From: an uncultured delta proteobacterium
GTDB lineage: Bacteria > Desulfobacterota > Desulfobacteria > Desulfobacterales > JAFDCJ01
Assembly (NCBI GenBank): GCA_963769935.1
Contig: CAVYNY010000022.1
Span: 32,001 to 96,000, forward strand
Direction of reading: 5' to 3'
DNA length: 64,000 nt
The notes under the pieces were generated by a model. It had not been told where the DNA came from. It saw only the letters and a program-made list of their open reading frames with translations, and ran no database searches. A program made the position numbers and the translations under genes. Positions within the stretch are counted from its first letter, which is position 1, and each line of letters starts with the position of its first letter. This document shows, piece by piece, positions 31,799-42,050 of the stretch.

Positions 31799-32177
31799 TC
31801 AAAAATATTTAACGCCGATCCGGTAGTAGTTGCCGAATTTATCCCGGTGCTCACGGCACCACTTTACCTCGCCCAGAGTGGACGTCCGCAGAAATTTCCG
31901 GTTAACGTGGTAGATATCGATCGACCGTTATGTCGCCCAGACGGATATAAAGAACGGATCCGGGTTTGAAGGGTTCGGATGTCTCCATGCACATGCCGCC
32001 TTTGCTGTGATTAAAGGTCATTGACCCATATTCACGCTGAAATCTGGAGCTGAAAATGGTAAAAATCAGAGGCGCGTGCGAAGTGATACGTTGCTCTTGC
32101 CTTTGATCCGGCTGCAACCTCGGTTGGTCGAATTCTTCATCAGCCGGGACGGCCTTTTTTTGTTGCATCCTCAACAT
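31799..32177 (-). pseudogene. PilZ-domain protein with one frameshift near 31915
   Basis: RQEQR (RxxxR), NHSKGG; shifted frame continues RTSTLGEVKWCRE..YRIGVKYF. Confidence 0.75.
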
Positions 32178-32274
32178 ATGCTACCTCCTTTCTGTTCAGC
32201 TGGATATGCTTTGGGTGAATAAAATCCGGCGGCAAAGCTGAAAGAATATTTATTCAAATTTGAAAAACCTGATC

Positions 32275-32310
32275 CTCCCTCCGGGCTGTAGGCCTACGGG
32301 CCGGAAGCTG
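32275..32310 (+). repeat. REP-like 36-bp repeat, copy 2
   Basis: CTCCCTCCGGGCTGTAGGCCTACGGGCCGGAAGCTG. Confidence 0.8.
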
Positions 32311-32809
32311 AGCCAGGTCAGATTAAACCCGATAGGCTGAAGAAAAATGCCGTGGAACGACGGAATATTGAGATGTTGGAATAAAGGGTTCAGAAGGATG
32401 AAATCTTTTTTCGAAGCAACTCGTACGTCAGAGGTTAATCCGCGGATCTTTTTTAAACCTAATATTCCATTGCGCTACCCTTCCATCGTTGCATTGGACG
32501 TCTAAAGGCCAACGCCACTCCCGTGGTATGAAATCAACGCCTCACCCTCCGGCTGGGATTCTTTGCAGATATCTATATTTCTTTATTCCTACGTCAAACC
32601 CAAATAGTAAATACTGTCAATCATGTATCCGTATTCCTAAAATACAGTATAAAATTATATTTATGCCCGATGCATAACTTTGCAGCAGTCGCCATAATTT
32701 ATTATAAAATATAATCCACCCCGACATCCGCATTAATTCATTGACAGGTCACTGTATTTGCGCCAATGTATCGGCATATCCGGTGAATCGGGGCTGTTTG
32801 TTTCCTTTC

Positions 32810-33439
32810 GAAGTCTTACCTTCGTAAACGATGCCTACTGTCGACTATATCACCGTTCCCGGGAAGAGTTGATCGGGCAAAAGATACCTCTGTCGGTATA
32901 CGGTCCTGATGCCAAGCCGGTAAACCGCTATCTGGACACCCTGATTCTCGGCCAATTCCCCAGGGGGATTGAACACAGAGTTGCCTTCGGCAGCGACATT
33001 TACTGGATTTGCTGGAGCGATCAGGCTATTTTCGACACGCAGGGCCGGCTCCTGGAAATCCAGTCTGTCGGTCGAGACGTCACCGACCGCGTGCGGGCGC
33101 AAGATGCGCTGCGCGAAGCCAATCAAGAGCTGTCCGAGTTCGCCTATGCATTGACCCACAATTTGAAAGCACCCCTGCGGGCGGTTTCCAATTATGTTAA
33201 TTTTCTATATGAAGACCTGGCAGACATCCTGCAGGAAAAAACAAAGAAATAACTGGAAGGTCTAAGGCAGGCGATTGCACACAGAACGCGAGTATGAAGG
33301 CGTCGGCATGGGACTGGCTATCGTCAGGAAAGCCGCTAAAAATATGCGCGGCGCGGTTCGGGTGGAATCCGCTCCTGACGAGGGCAGCACGTTTTACGTC
33401 CGTCTGCCGTTTTCCCCTTCCTTGAACACCCGCAGGTAG
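32810..33439 (+). pseudogene. Remnant PAS sensor histidine kinase (stop codon plus internal deletion)
   Basis: PAS/PAC, HisKA FAYALTHNLKAPLRAV, TAA at 33250-33252, then jump to LHTEREYEGVGMGLAIVRK..GSTFYVRLP. Confidence 0.8.
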
Positions 33440-33687
33440 CAAATTTGACGCAAATTCAATTGGATGTTTTTCGGGATAGGCGGATTGGGGTTTGCCGAGC
33501 AGTTCATCTTCACTGCCTCCGAATATCACCGCCAGACGCTGTTCCCATGGAACTTTTTCCTCGGTGCCGTCCTGGATGTGCAGCGTGCGATTAGTCCACC
33601 GGGTCTCAAACTGCAGATCGTCAAAATCCGCGCAAATTCTGAAAAATATCGGGTTATCCATGATAAAATACTTGATTTTTTGAATGA

Positions 33688-33709
33688 TTATACTTTCCCA
33701 GACCTATTC
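33688..33709 (+). promoter_or_regulatory. 22-bp regulon box upstream of EAL-like gene
   Basis: TTATACTTTCCCAGACCTATTC; AAATACTT half-site at 33666; TAAATT 20 nt downstream. Confidence 0.55.
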
Positions 33710-33780
33710 TTTTGCGGCGCAGGCGTGATTAAATTAAAGATAGACCAAGTGTTAAGATCTTTAGGAGAAGAAATCTGATT

Positions 33781-34437
33781 ATGTTTGCTTCCATTGCCCG
33801 CCAGGCAATATATAACCGTAAAGAGGAGATAATCGGGTATGAATTGCTCTACCGCTCCTCGATCCTAAATAGATGTCCAGCGGTGAACGGCGACCGGGCA
33901 ACCATGGCGCTGCTCCACCGGCTGCTTCAAACCGGCAGTATCGAACATGCGACCAATGGGAAATTGGCATTTGTCAATTATACCCGCAACCTGCTTCTGG
34001 AAAAAATCCCACTGACTACGCCGCACGATACCGGCGTGGTTGAGATTCTGGAGGATGTCCGGCCGGAGCGTCTATGGTGGAAGCCTGTGAAAACTACGGA
34101 GAAGGGATATGTAATCGTCCTGGATGATTTCATTTACCGCCGCGAACTGGAGCCTTTAATTCTTCTGGCCGACATCATAAAAATCGATTTTCACTGCGAA
34201 TCGCCCCATAAAATCGAAATGGATGTGAAAAGGCTCGCAAGCTATCCGGCAAAACTTCTGGCTGAAAAAGTGGAAACCGAATCCGAATTGAACATCGCAT
34301 TAGGCCTTGGATTCATCTATTTTCAAGGTCATTTCTTTTCGCAGGCAGAACCTTTTACCCGGACTGGTTCAGCGGGGCCTTCGCAGACTCCGCGCCGCGA
34401 GAAGGCGGAGGCCGGCCGCTTGGCCAAAATAGGATAG
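33781..34437 (+). CDS. EAL-like domain protein (YuxH/HDOD-associated type, lacking HDOD)
   Basis: ARQAIYN..IGYELLYR, FVNYT, VEILED, LDDF, LLAEKVET, FQGHFFS. Confidence 0.78.
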   Translation: MFASIARQAIYNRKEEIIGYELLYRSSILNRCPAVNGDRATMALLHRLLQTGSIEHATNGKLAFVNYTRNLLLEKIPLTTPHDTGVVEILEDVRPERLWWKPVKTTEKGYVIVLDDFIYRRELEPLILLADIIKIDFHCESPHKIEMDVKRLASYPAKLLAEKVETESELNIALGLGFIYFQGHFFSQAEPFTRTGSAGPSQTPRREKAEAGRLAKIG

Positions 34438-34444
34438 GGCTGCG

Positions 34445-34855
34445 ATGGATAAAAAACACGGCCGCCCCCCGCTCCGGATTGCAGTGAAATATTTTCTGCT
34501 GCAATTGCCCGGGATAGCTTCGTTTGCTCTAATTCTTCTCCTGGTGCGACACTGGCTGGAGATCCCAGCCTACCTCGCGTGGGCCCTGCTCGGCATCTGG
34601 TTAGGCAAAGACATTTTTTTATTCCCCGTTCTCTGGCGCTTTTACGACCCGCACCAGTACCCCGACCGATTCCGAATGATCGGCCGCAAGGGTTTTGCTC
34701 TGACCCGTCTGAACCCTGACGGCTACGTTTTGGTCAAGGGAGAACGCTGGCAGGCGACCATTTGCGAAGGACAGTCTTCTATCGAGCAAGGCCGGGAGAT
34801 ATGCGTGGAGGCCGTCAACGGCCTCAAATTGACCGTGCGATCATGCACCGAATAG
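34445..34855 (+). CDS. NfeD-like family protein
   Basis: Two TM helices then IGRKG..LNPDGYVLVKGERWQA OB-fold. Confidence 0.85.
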   Translation: MDKKHGRPPLRIAVKYFLLQLPGIASFALILLLVRHWLEIPAYLAWALLGIWLGKDIFLFPVLWRFYDPHQYPDRFRMIGRKGFALTRLNPDGYVLVKGERWQATICEGQSSIEQGREICVEAVNGLKLTVRSCTE

Positions 34856-35042
34856 TTACTTAGAAGTACTCGCAATCAAAGATTTGAAAATGAACGCTGT
34901 GTATTATCGGTCTGGCCGGGGTTTTCCACCTGACCGCCAATGCGACGTCAGGGTAAATGTTGCGGCTCCAACAATCAGTGGATTTGTTAATCTGTATTCA
35001 GAGCTTTTCGGCGTCGTTGGCATAAGTTCGATTCGAATGGGC

Positions 35043-35960
35043 CTAGCTTGAGCTTGGCCGGCGTTTGACGATTTCGTGGACAGCGGATTTTATGTCCGGA
35101 TAGGTGAATTTGTAGCCGAATTTTTGCAGCTTTTCAGGCACCACACGTTGACTGTTGAGCAGGGACCTGCCGAATTCGCCCAGCAGGAGTTTGATCAAAA
35201 ACGCCGGCGCGGGAATAAACGTCGGCCGATTGAGCGCATCTCCCAATTTCGCGGCCAGCTCCCGATTGCGAATCGGCTGCGGCGCACAGAAGTTGACCGG
35301 ACCGTTGATTTTCCGCTTGGCTATCACGAATTTGTAGGCATAGAGCAGATCGTGCATATGAATCCAGGGAAACCATTGCCGGCCGCTGCCGAGCGACCCG
35401 CCCACAAAGAGGCGAAAAGCAGGTATCATTTTCCTCATCGCGCCGCCGTCCCGATCCAGCACAATTCCAAAGCGGGGCACCACCACCCGGGCGCCCTTGT
35501 TTGTAGCCTGCAGGGCCTCCCACTCCCAGTCTTTTCCCACATTGGCCAGGAAATCCTCTCCCGGCGGAGATTCTTCTGTGAGAACATTGTCGCCCCGGTC
35601 GCCGTAAACACCGACAGCAGATGTGCTGCAAAATATGATCTGGCGATCCTCCGGCAGGGCGTCAACCAAATTGCGAGTGGTTAAAATCCGGCTGTCATAA
35701 ATTTGCTTTTTATAGTCTTCAGTCCAGCGTTTAAAAATGGATTTGCCGGCCAGATTGATAATTACCTGCTGATCGCGCAGCTCGTCCTGCCAGGCTCCCG
35801 GTTTAGCCGTATCAGCCGGGATGTAGCGAAAATCGCCATGATCAATCAATTTGGGGTTGGGGTTCAGTCCTGTGGCGGTCACCCGGTTGCCCTCCCTTAA
35901 AAGGAAATCCGCGAGGTGGCGGCCGACAAAACCCAAACCGCCCGTAATGAAGTAGTTCAT
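35043..35960 (-). CDS. TIGR01777 family NAD-dependent epimerase/oxidoreductase
   Basis: ITGGLGFVG, INLAGKSIFKRW..SRILTT, GSGRQWFPWIH, SQRVVP. Confidence 0.92.
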   Translation of the reverse strand: MNYFITGGLGFVGRHLADFLLREGNRVTATGLNPNPKLIDHGDFRYIPADTAKPGAWQDELRDQQVIINLAGKSIFKRWTEDYKKQIYDSRILTTRNLVDALPEDRQIIFCSTSAVGVYGDRGDNVLTEESPPGEDFLANVGKDWEWEALQATNKGARVVVPRFGIVLDRDGGAMRKMIPAFRLFVGGSLGSGRQWFPWIHMHDLLYAYKFVIAKRKINGPVNFCAPQPIRNRELAAKLGDALNRPTFIPAPAFLIKLLLGEFGRSLLNSQRVVPEKLQKFGYKFTYPDIKSAVHEIVKRRPSSS

Positions 35961-36063
35961 TTGAAAATGTCCTTCCTGTGGGTCATGCTTTCTTGAGATC
36001 ATCTTTCTTTAGTAAGAAGCTAGTGCATCGGTATTGTTTTGCAATAGGGTATAACGGCACTCA

Positions 36064-36085
36064 AAATACACGATCGACCCTATTT
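36064..36085 (+). promoter_or_regulatory. 22-bp regulon box in divergent TIGR01777/PRC-barrel promoter region
   Basis: AAATACACGATCGACCCTATTT, with adjacent block 36042-36063 (minus-strand right half ACCCTATTG). Confidence 0.72.
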
Positions 36086-36483
36086 TATTTTGACGAGTTT
36101 TTCGGATAAGTAATAAGGTCAGCAGCGATCCCTTTTTATTCAATCTGTTGCAGAAATTCCGAGTTCCTCACCTTGAACGCAACCAGATAGAATGCTGAGA
36201 AGAATAAAATCTTAAAGATAAATGCGAAGCATAAAAAAAAATTAATCCGCCGGACCAACGAACCAACGACTTTCTTGTTTCTGCAAAGAACCTAAAAATT
36301 TTTTTGATGAACTTCTGAAACGCTACAAGATTAACTTGGGTCAGCCGGATAAGTGGCGCGGCGACCCGTTTCACATCCTGATTGCCTGGAAATGGCCGAG
36401 CGCGTGGCAGAGAATGGTGCATCTGAATAAACGATCGTGTAATCAAATCTGATGGAAATTCTATTTTTTATGGAAGGCTTAGC

Positions 36484-37368
36484 ATGATCAACAAACTGCA
36501 AAGAATCGGCATTTCACAAATAATGACGGCCATCGTTTTCTGTATTGCACTAGCGATGCCTGCCGGGGCTGCAGAAAATCCGGCCGGGGCCCTGCGGGCC
36601 AGTGCCATGATCGATCAACCGATTTTCAATGGCCAGGGACAGGAGCTCGGTGATCTTGATGATCTCGTCGTCAAAAGAAACGGCAGCATCAAAACCGCGT
36701 TGATATCGGTCGACGGCTTTCTGGATGTAGGCGAAAAACTGGTATCCGCCCCGTACAAGTCTTTAAAATTTGCCGACGGCAAAATTAATTTGGACATCAC
36801 CAAAAAGCAACTCGAGGAGCGGCCCGAATTCGACTATCGCAAAAAAGGTCTATTTACAAACTATGGCTACCGTCTTAATCCTTATTACGGCATGATGCCC
36901 GGACCCTACGGGACTTACGGCAGAGGCCTGCCGCCGGGGTATCGCCAGCAGTGGTCGGATGAAGGCGTCCCCATACCCAACAGTGGACCTCAAGGCGGTG
37001 GCGGCCAGGATCAGCAGAATGACCGTCCCTATTCGCGTCATCGCGATGAAGGCGGTCACGGAATGCAGAATTGGTACAATTCCTGGAATTGGGCCCACTA
37101 TCCGGCGCGAATGCTGGTAAGCGTCATATTAGGGCAGGCGGTTATCGACAAGCAGGGCGAGGAAGTCGCGACAGTGGAGGATCTCATTATCAGCACCGCT
37201 GGAAAGGTAGATCAGCTCATACTGTCTTACGGCGGCTTTTTAGATTATGGCGACAAGCTGGTGGCGGTACCCTATTGCCCCATCGGCTTTACCAACCGCG
37301 GAATCACCTACGACATTACCCGGCGGGAGATCGAAAACCTGCCGAAATTCACGGGCTTAAATCGTTAG
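36484..37368 (+). CDS. Secreted protein with two PRC-barrel domains
   Basis: Signal peptide; RASAMIDQPIFNGQGQELGDLDDL..GFLDVGEKLV; second repeat VIDKQGEEVATVEDL..GGFLDYGDKLVAVP. Confidence 0.88.
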   Translation: MINKLQRIGISQIMTAIVFCIALAMPAGAAENPAGALRASAMIDQPIFNGQGQELGDLDDLVVKRNGSIKTALISVDGFLDVGEKLVSAPYKSLKFADGKINLDITKKQLEERPEFDYRKKGLFTNYGYRLNPYYGMMPGPYGTYGRGLPPGYRQQWSDEGVPIPNSGPQGGGGQDQQNDRPYSRHRDEGGHGMQNWYNSWNWAHYPARMLVSVILGQAVIDKQGEEVATVEDLIISTAGKVDQLILSYGGFLDYGDKLVAVPYCPIGFTNRGITYDITRREIENLPKFTGLNR

Positions 37369-37432
37369 GATCGTTTAGATGGTTTAGATGGTTTGGATCG
37401 TTAGATCGTTAAGATCGTTGATCGTTGGGATC
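37361..37432. repeat. 9-mer ATCGTTTAG/ATGGTTTAG tandem array
   Basis: ATCGTTAGGATCGTTTAGATGGTTTAGATGGTTTGGATCGTTAGATCGTTAAGATCGTTG. Confidence 0.75.
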
Positions 37433-37515
37433 GAAGAAATCACATCCAATGAAACAATCCAGTCGATCTGATTCAACCTGAGTTAAGAGATTCCTGTCCA
37501 AACGATTCCAAGGAT

Positions 37516-39108
37516 CTATACCATCTGTCTGTTTCTAATCGGTTCGTAAAGGCTTTCAATATATTGAGCGGCACTGTCATTCCATCTGAAGCGCGCGGCC
37601 GCCGCGCTTTCACAAATTTTGCGCCATTGAGCCGGCTGTTTCTTCTTTAAGGCTACGGCCAGGGAGGCGGTTTGAACGAGGTTGTCAACCTGGGTTCGGA
37701 GGCTGTCGCCTTTAAATGCAAATCCGTTGCGACCGTCTTGTACCGTGTCTTTCAGACCGCCGACTTCGTGCACCAGGCAGGGCTGCCCGCTGCGCATGGC
37801 AAGCATTTGACTGAGGCCGCAGGGTTCAAAAGAGCTGGGCATCATAAAAAGGTCCCCGCCGGCGTAGAGGGCATCGGCGCATTGCTCTGAAAATCCGTTG
37901 ATAAAAAGAAAATTATCAAACCGAGAGCTCATTTCGGTCAGAAACTTCTCGTATTGCCGGTCTCCGTTGCCCAACATCAGATAGCAGCCGTTTTCGCCAA
38001 GGGCTTCAAGGATGCCTTGCAGGCCTGATATGCCGTCAGACCCTGATTCCCGTAGCAGCAAAACCTTTTGATCAACGATTCGACCAACCGATGTCAGCAC
38101 GATAGAGGGCGGGCGGAAGCGTTGACCAAGCTCGAGGGCACGGGCGTACGCCATGAACTGCGACGTGGGGACCGTATCCCAGACCCCGGTCCAGCGAAGT
38201 GTTGTGGTTCTGAAAAGATCCAGCATTTCCGGGAATTGATATCGCTTGGCGGCGGACTCCGGCGGATAATCGCAGCCGTTTAGAATACCTGTCAGCCGGC
38301 CGTCGCGACCGGCCTGAATCAGGTCGCTTTCCAGCCCCTCGCCTCCATAAAATACAGGTTTTTGGCTGGGCTTTTGAATCTCGGCGGCATAGGAAGGCGA
38401 AACCGTGTGAACGGCATCGGCCAGACGGATGCCGATCGCCATGGCATTGAAACAATCCGGCCAGCGGGGATCGGCAACGACGGACCAGTCATAATTGAGC
38501 TCCGGAAACCAGGCCTCCAGCGACGATTCATTGCCCCGCAGGGGGCGAACACCCTGCAGCGCCAGGTTATGGATGGTATAGATCAGTCGAATCTTTTTAA
38601 GTTCGGCATAATCCGGATGAAACGCCCGCAGTAAAGCCACAAAGGCCGCATGCCAGTCGTGCAGATGAATACAGTCAACTTCATCCAGCAGCTTGCCGCA
38701 AACTGTTGCCGACACGGCCGCGCCGAAAAGTGCGAAGCGCGACGCGTCCGTGAAAAAGGGCCGATCCGGCGGATCATCGGTATACACATTGAATTTGCCT
38801 GCCAATGAATCGAATGCGCCCAAAGCCGGGTGATGGATGACGAGCTGGGTGAGCGCCGGCTGCTTTGTTGCCGAACGGATTTCATATATGTCGGCGGTAT
38901 GCGGAAAGCCTCTGAACAAAAAACTGAGTGAATGTATCTTGGCGGCCCCGCTTTGCCGGTGCAAAAACCCGTGGGAAGGGGTGACAACGGTTACCCGGCA
39001 GTTGTGGTCCGCCAGGGCCGGCGGAAGATTGCGAATGACGTCGCCGATGCCGCCGACTTTGCCCCCGTCAAGGGCACCGTTTTCAGCCGCTACGAAAATA
39101 ATATGCAT
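37516..39108 (-). CDS. glgA: Glycogen/starch synthase (GT5)
   Basis: GKVGGIGDV (KxGG), HLHDWH, TIHNLALQG, MPSSFEPCGLSQMLAM, VGGLKDTV. Confidence 0.9.
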   Translation of the reverse strand: MHIIFVAAENGALDGGKVGGIGDVIRNLPPALADHNCRVTVVTPSHGFLHRQSGAAKIHSLSFLFRGFPHTADIYEIRSATKQPALTQLVIHHPALGAFDSLAGKFNVYTDDPPDRPFFTDASRFALFGAAVSATVCGKLLDEVDCIHLHDWHAAFVALLRAFHPDYAELKKIRLIYTIHNLALQGVRPLRGNESSLEAWFPELNYDWSVVADPRWPDCFNAMAIGIRLADAVHTVSPSYAAEIQKPSQKPVFYGGEGLESDLIQAGRDGRLTGILNGCDYPPESAAKRYQFPEMLDLFRTTTLRWTGVWDTVPTSQFMAYARALELGQRFRPPSIVLTSVGRIVDQKVLLLRESGSDGISGLQGILEALGENGCYLMLGNGDRQYEKFLTEMSSRFDNFLFINGFSEQCADALYAGGDLFMMPSSFEPCGLSQMLAMRSGQPCLVHEVGGLKDTVQDGRNGFAFKGDSLRTQVDNLVQTASLAVALKKKQPAQWRKICESAAAARFRWNDSAAQYIESLYEPIRNRQMV

Positions 39109-39310
39109 GGTATCTCCTGATTAATCCGCCTTGCAAAATAACACATTCGGGGTTGTGAGTTGTTCTTTGAAAACTTTTGAAACCTATTAGTCGAAGCTCC
39201 GGCGGATTAATTTCTTTATGCTGCGCATTTAATTTTGCTAAGCTTATTTTTTTAAGATCATTTCAGCTACTTATATAACAGAACCGGAGAAACCAGGCAA
39301 CTGAATTTTA

Positions 39311-39332
39311 AAATAGATTATTCACTCCATTT
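39311..39332 (+). promoter_or_regulatory. 22-bp regulon box upstream of DUF5752-treT
   Basis: AAATAGATTATTCACTCCATTT. Confidence 0.6.
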
Positions 39333-39585
39333 AAACTTAATTAATCCGACCACCAGAATAGCTCATCTACAATCAGCGTCATCTATCCGCGGGTTAATTC
39401 ATACGGCCTCACCGGTTGACAAACCGCGCAGTTATTTTTAACATATTAATATAGACGGTTCTCAATAAGGGCCGGATAAAATTCCTTGGATCTGAGACCC
39501 GGCGGTTGACGTCGAATGTTCGCAGCATCCGGGAATTTTTATTTTTGAAGCAAAAGGCCCCGCAAACGAAATCAAGGAGAAAACG

Positions 39586-40245
39586 ATGTGCAATCCTTTT
39601 GGCGTAACCGATTGTGCCCTGATTGCCATTGCCACCGGCGAAAAAGCCCAAAACATAAGAGAAATGCACAACCGGCTCATGCGGACCTATGACGAAGGTG
39701 TCATATACTATCATTTCTGGGGCGGAATGCTGCGCCCTCATTTTATCGATCCGGAATATCAAAATCATTTTGCCGGATGGGCCTACCACGACCTCCACGA
39801 CCGACGACTGGCTGAAAAGCTGTCTATTATCAATCCGGCGCGCTATGCTTCCATCGAGGAATTGCGCCAGCAAGTCATCGAAGTCTTCGAAGAACGGATG
39901 GACGAAGATGACGCTGCATCGCGGGTGGAGGCGGAACACCCTTTTTTTTTCATGCGATCGCAGATCGTTGTCTTCGACACACACCTGCGGGTCGATACGC
40001 CCGAGGCGCTTACCGGCTTGATACCGGATTTATCGCTGGGCAGCCTTTTTTATCACTTCATTGATTCCCGACGTCGAACCCCGTCGGGCGGCGATGACTT
40101 TTCCGAATGGCTCAAATGCTGGGGAGACCGATATCATGACTTGGTGGATGAGATCCATGCCATCGATCCCTATTTTAACAGTCTGATTGAATTGCGGGAG
40201 GATCTGGCAGAAATATTTTCTTTTCATTTGAAAACCGAGGAATAA
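39586..40245 (+). CDS. DUF5752 family protein (TreT partner)
   Basis: IATGEKAQN..E..IYYHF..EY.N.FA.W; duplicated SLFYHF..DDFSEW; directly upstream of treT. Confidence 0.8.
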   Translation: MCNPFGVTDCALIAIATGEKAQNIREMHNRLMRTYDEGVIYYHFWGGMLRPHFIDPEYQNHFAGWAYHDLHDRRLAEKLSIINPARYASIEELRQQVIEVFEERMDEDDAASRVEAEHPFFFMRSQIVVFDTHLRVDTPEALTGLIPDLSLGSLFYHFIDSRRRTPSGGDDFSEWLKCWGDRYHDLVDEIHAIDPYFNSLIELREDLAEIFSFHLKTEE

Positions 40246-40247
40246 AC

Positions 40248-41486
40248 ATGACTGAATTGCTTGACCAATATGCCCCCATTGTCGGGGCGAACGTCATCGA
40301 TCATCTGCGCCAGTTGGCCGAACCTCTCAAAGGAATGAAAGTGATGCATGTAAATTCCACGCGCGAGGGGGGCGGAGTGGCCGAAATACTTCACCGCCTG
40401 ATACCCCTGAAGCAGGAACTGGGATTGGATGCGACCTGGGAGATCGTTGCCGGGGATTCACAGTTTTATCAGTGCACCAAAAAGATGCACAACGCCCTGC
40501 AGGGCGATCGTGTCGGCATTTCGAGCGAACTGCTGCAACACTATGAAGCTGTTAATGCCGATAATTTTGAAAGATTGAAAGCTCTCTTGCAGGAGGCGGA
40601 TATTGTCATTATTCATGACCCCCAGCCGGCCCCCTTGTTGAAATACTGCCGGGCCCGCAAGGGCAAATGGATCTGGCGCTGTCATATCGATGCCAGCCGG
40701 CCATTTCGTCCGGTGTGGAAGCATTTGCAAAATTTTATCAGCGATTACGACGCCAGCATCTATTCGCTGCCCGCCTTTGCCCAGCCCATGCCCCATTCGC
40801 TTTACATCATTCCTCCCAGCATTGATCCGCTGAGTGAAAAAAACGTTGCGCTCGATAGGGCAGAAATTCAGGGAGTCGGCAATAGCTATGGCCTCGATCC
40901 CGAGCGGCCGATCATCTCTCAGATTTCCCGTTTTGACCGGTTCAAAGATCCCGTCGGTGTGATCCGGGCCTACCGGATGGCCAAGTCCTTCGGTCCGCCG
41001 CTGCAGCTGATCCTGGCCGGTGGAACCGCCACCGATGACCCTGAAGGCGAGGAGGTCCTGGCTGAAGTCACGGCCGCGGCTCAGGATGATCCGGATATTC
41101 ATGTGCTGATGCTGCCGCCGGATGCCCATCGCACCATCAATGCCATCCAGCGATTATCCACAATTGTCGTGCAGAAATCACTCAAGGAAGGGTTCGGGCT
41201 GACCGTCACCGAGGCACTGTGGAAAGGCAAGCCGGTTATCGGGGGGGATGCCGGCGGAATTCGGCTGCAGGTAGTCAACCACCAAACGGGTTTTCTGGTG
41301 AATACGGCCGAGGGGGCCGCTCTGAGAATCCGTTATTTGCTGAAACACCGTGATCGCCTGCAGGAAATGGGAGAGACGGCCAGAACCTTTGTGCTGGAAA
41401 ATTATCTGCTGACCCGCCACCTCAGAGAATACCTGACGCTGATGCTTGCGGTCATCAGAAACAGCAGCGATAGAATCGAGCTTTAG
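40248..41486 (+). CDS. treT: Trehalose glycosyltransferring synthase (GT4)
   Basis: HVNSTREGGGVAEIL, IHDPQP, WIWRCHID, PSIDPLSEKN, SRFDRFKD, EGFGLTVTEALWK. Confidence 0.88.
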   Translation: MTELLDQYAPIVGANVIDHLRQLAEPLKGMKVMHVNSTREGGGVAEILHRLIPLKQELGLDATWEIVAGDSQFYQCTKKMHNALQGDRVGISSELLQHYEAVNADNFERLKALLQEADIVIIHDPQPAPLLKYCRARKGKWIWRCHIDASRPFRPVWKHLQNFISDYDASIYSLPAFAQPMPHSLYIIPPSIDPLSEKNVALDRAEIQGVGNSYGLDPERPIISQISRFDRFKDPVGVIRAYRMAKSFGPPLQLILAGGTATDDPEGEEVLAEVTAAAQDDPDIHVLMLPPDAHRTINAIQRLSTIVVQKSLKEGFGLTVTEALWKGKPVIGGDAGGIRLQVVNHQTGFLVNTAEGAALRIRYLLKHRDRLQEMGETARTFVLENYLLTRHLREYLTLMLAVIRNSSDRIEL

Positions 41487-41489
41487 TTC

Positions 41490-41850
41490 TGAGGTTCAGA
41501 TAAAGAAGCTCATAGCTGATAGCTCCCCGGTTAAATCCGCTTCGCCCCGGTTAAACAGGAAAAAAGGTTTAACTGGGCAGGCTGATCCATTGATATTTAA
41601 CGGGGTAAACATAGCTCATAGTTAAAAAACGCCGCAGAACGTCGAATCTCGAAGGAGGAATCATAATTCAACCTCCGTCGGCTTTGATTGAGAGCTAATA
41701 TCAAATAACTTCTACCCCCCTCCTATCTTCTATCTGTTATCCCTTTCCCACCCTCCCACCTTCTTACCCTCTCACCTTCCCACCTTCCCATCTTCCCACC
41801 CTCTGCCCCTTGCCCTTTGCCCTCTGTCTTCTGTATTCTGACACCTTATC
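41490..41850 (-). repeat. Mosaic intergenic repeat family, copy B, with nested palindromic insertion
   Basis: Reverse complement of 41611-41750 aligns with 51470-51626 and 54308-54434. Confidence 0.8.
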
Positions 41851-41918
41851 TTCTGCAACGATCTAAACGATCTAAACCATCCAAACCATTCCCCCAAAAT
41901 ACATATTCACAATTCCGC

Positions 41919-41940
41919 AAATACAGGATGGATAGTATTT
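41919..41940 (+). promoter_or_regulatory. 22-bp regulon box upstream of glgE operon
   Basis: AAATACAGGATGGATAGTATTT; AAATACAT half-site at 41897; TAGATT 19 nt downstream. Confidence 0.68.
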
Positions 41941-42050
41941 ACCCATTTAGATTAATGCTTAGATTAAAAAATGATCATCTTTAATATTCATAAATTAAAT
42001 CTAAAATTCTTGTATCCACAAATTTCGAAAACACAGATTAAGGACTCAGA

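Noticed and set aside
32609..32661. Additional AAATAC-containing box candidates
   Set aside because: Right halves do not match ACCYYATTT and the spacing is not 22 bp; the background is AT-rich.
33197..33778. Overlapping ORFs 33197..33661(-) and 33464..33778(+)
   Set aside because: Neither has a convincing domain; the minus one has only a short PAS-like phrase (IFGGSEDELLGK).
37361..37432. Tandem arrays as possible CRISPR
   Set aside because: Units are 7-9 bp with no unique spacers, and there are no cas genes.
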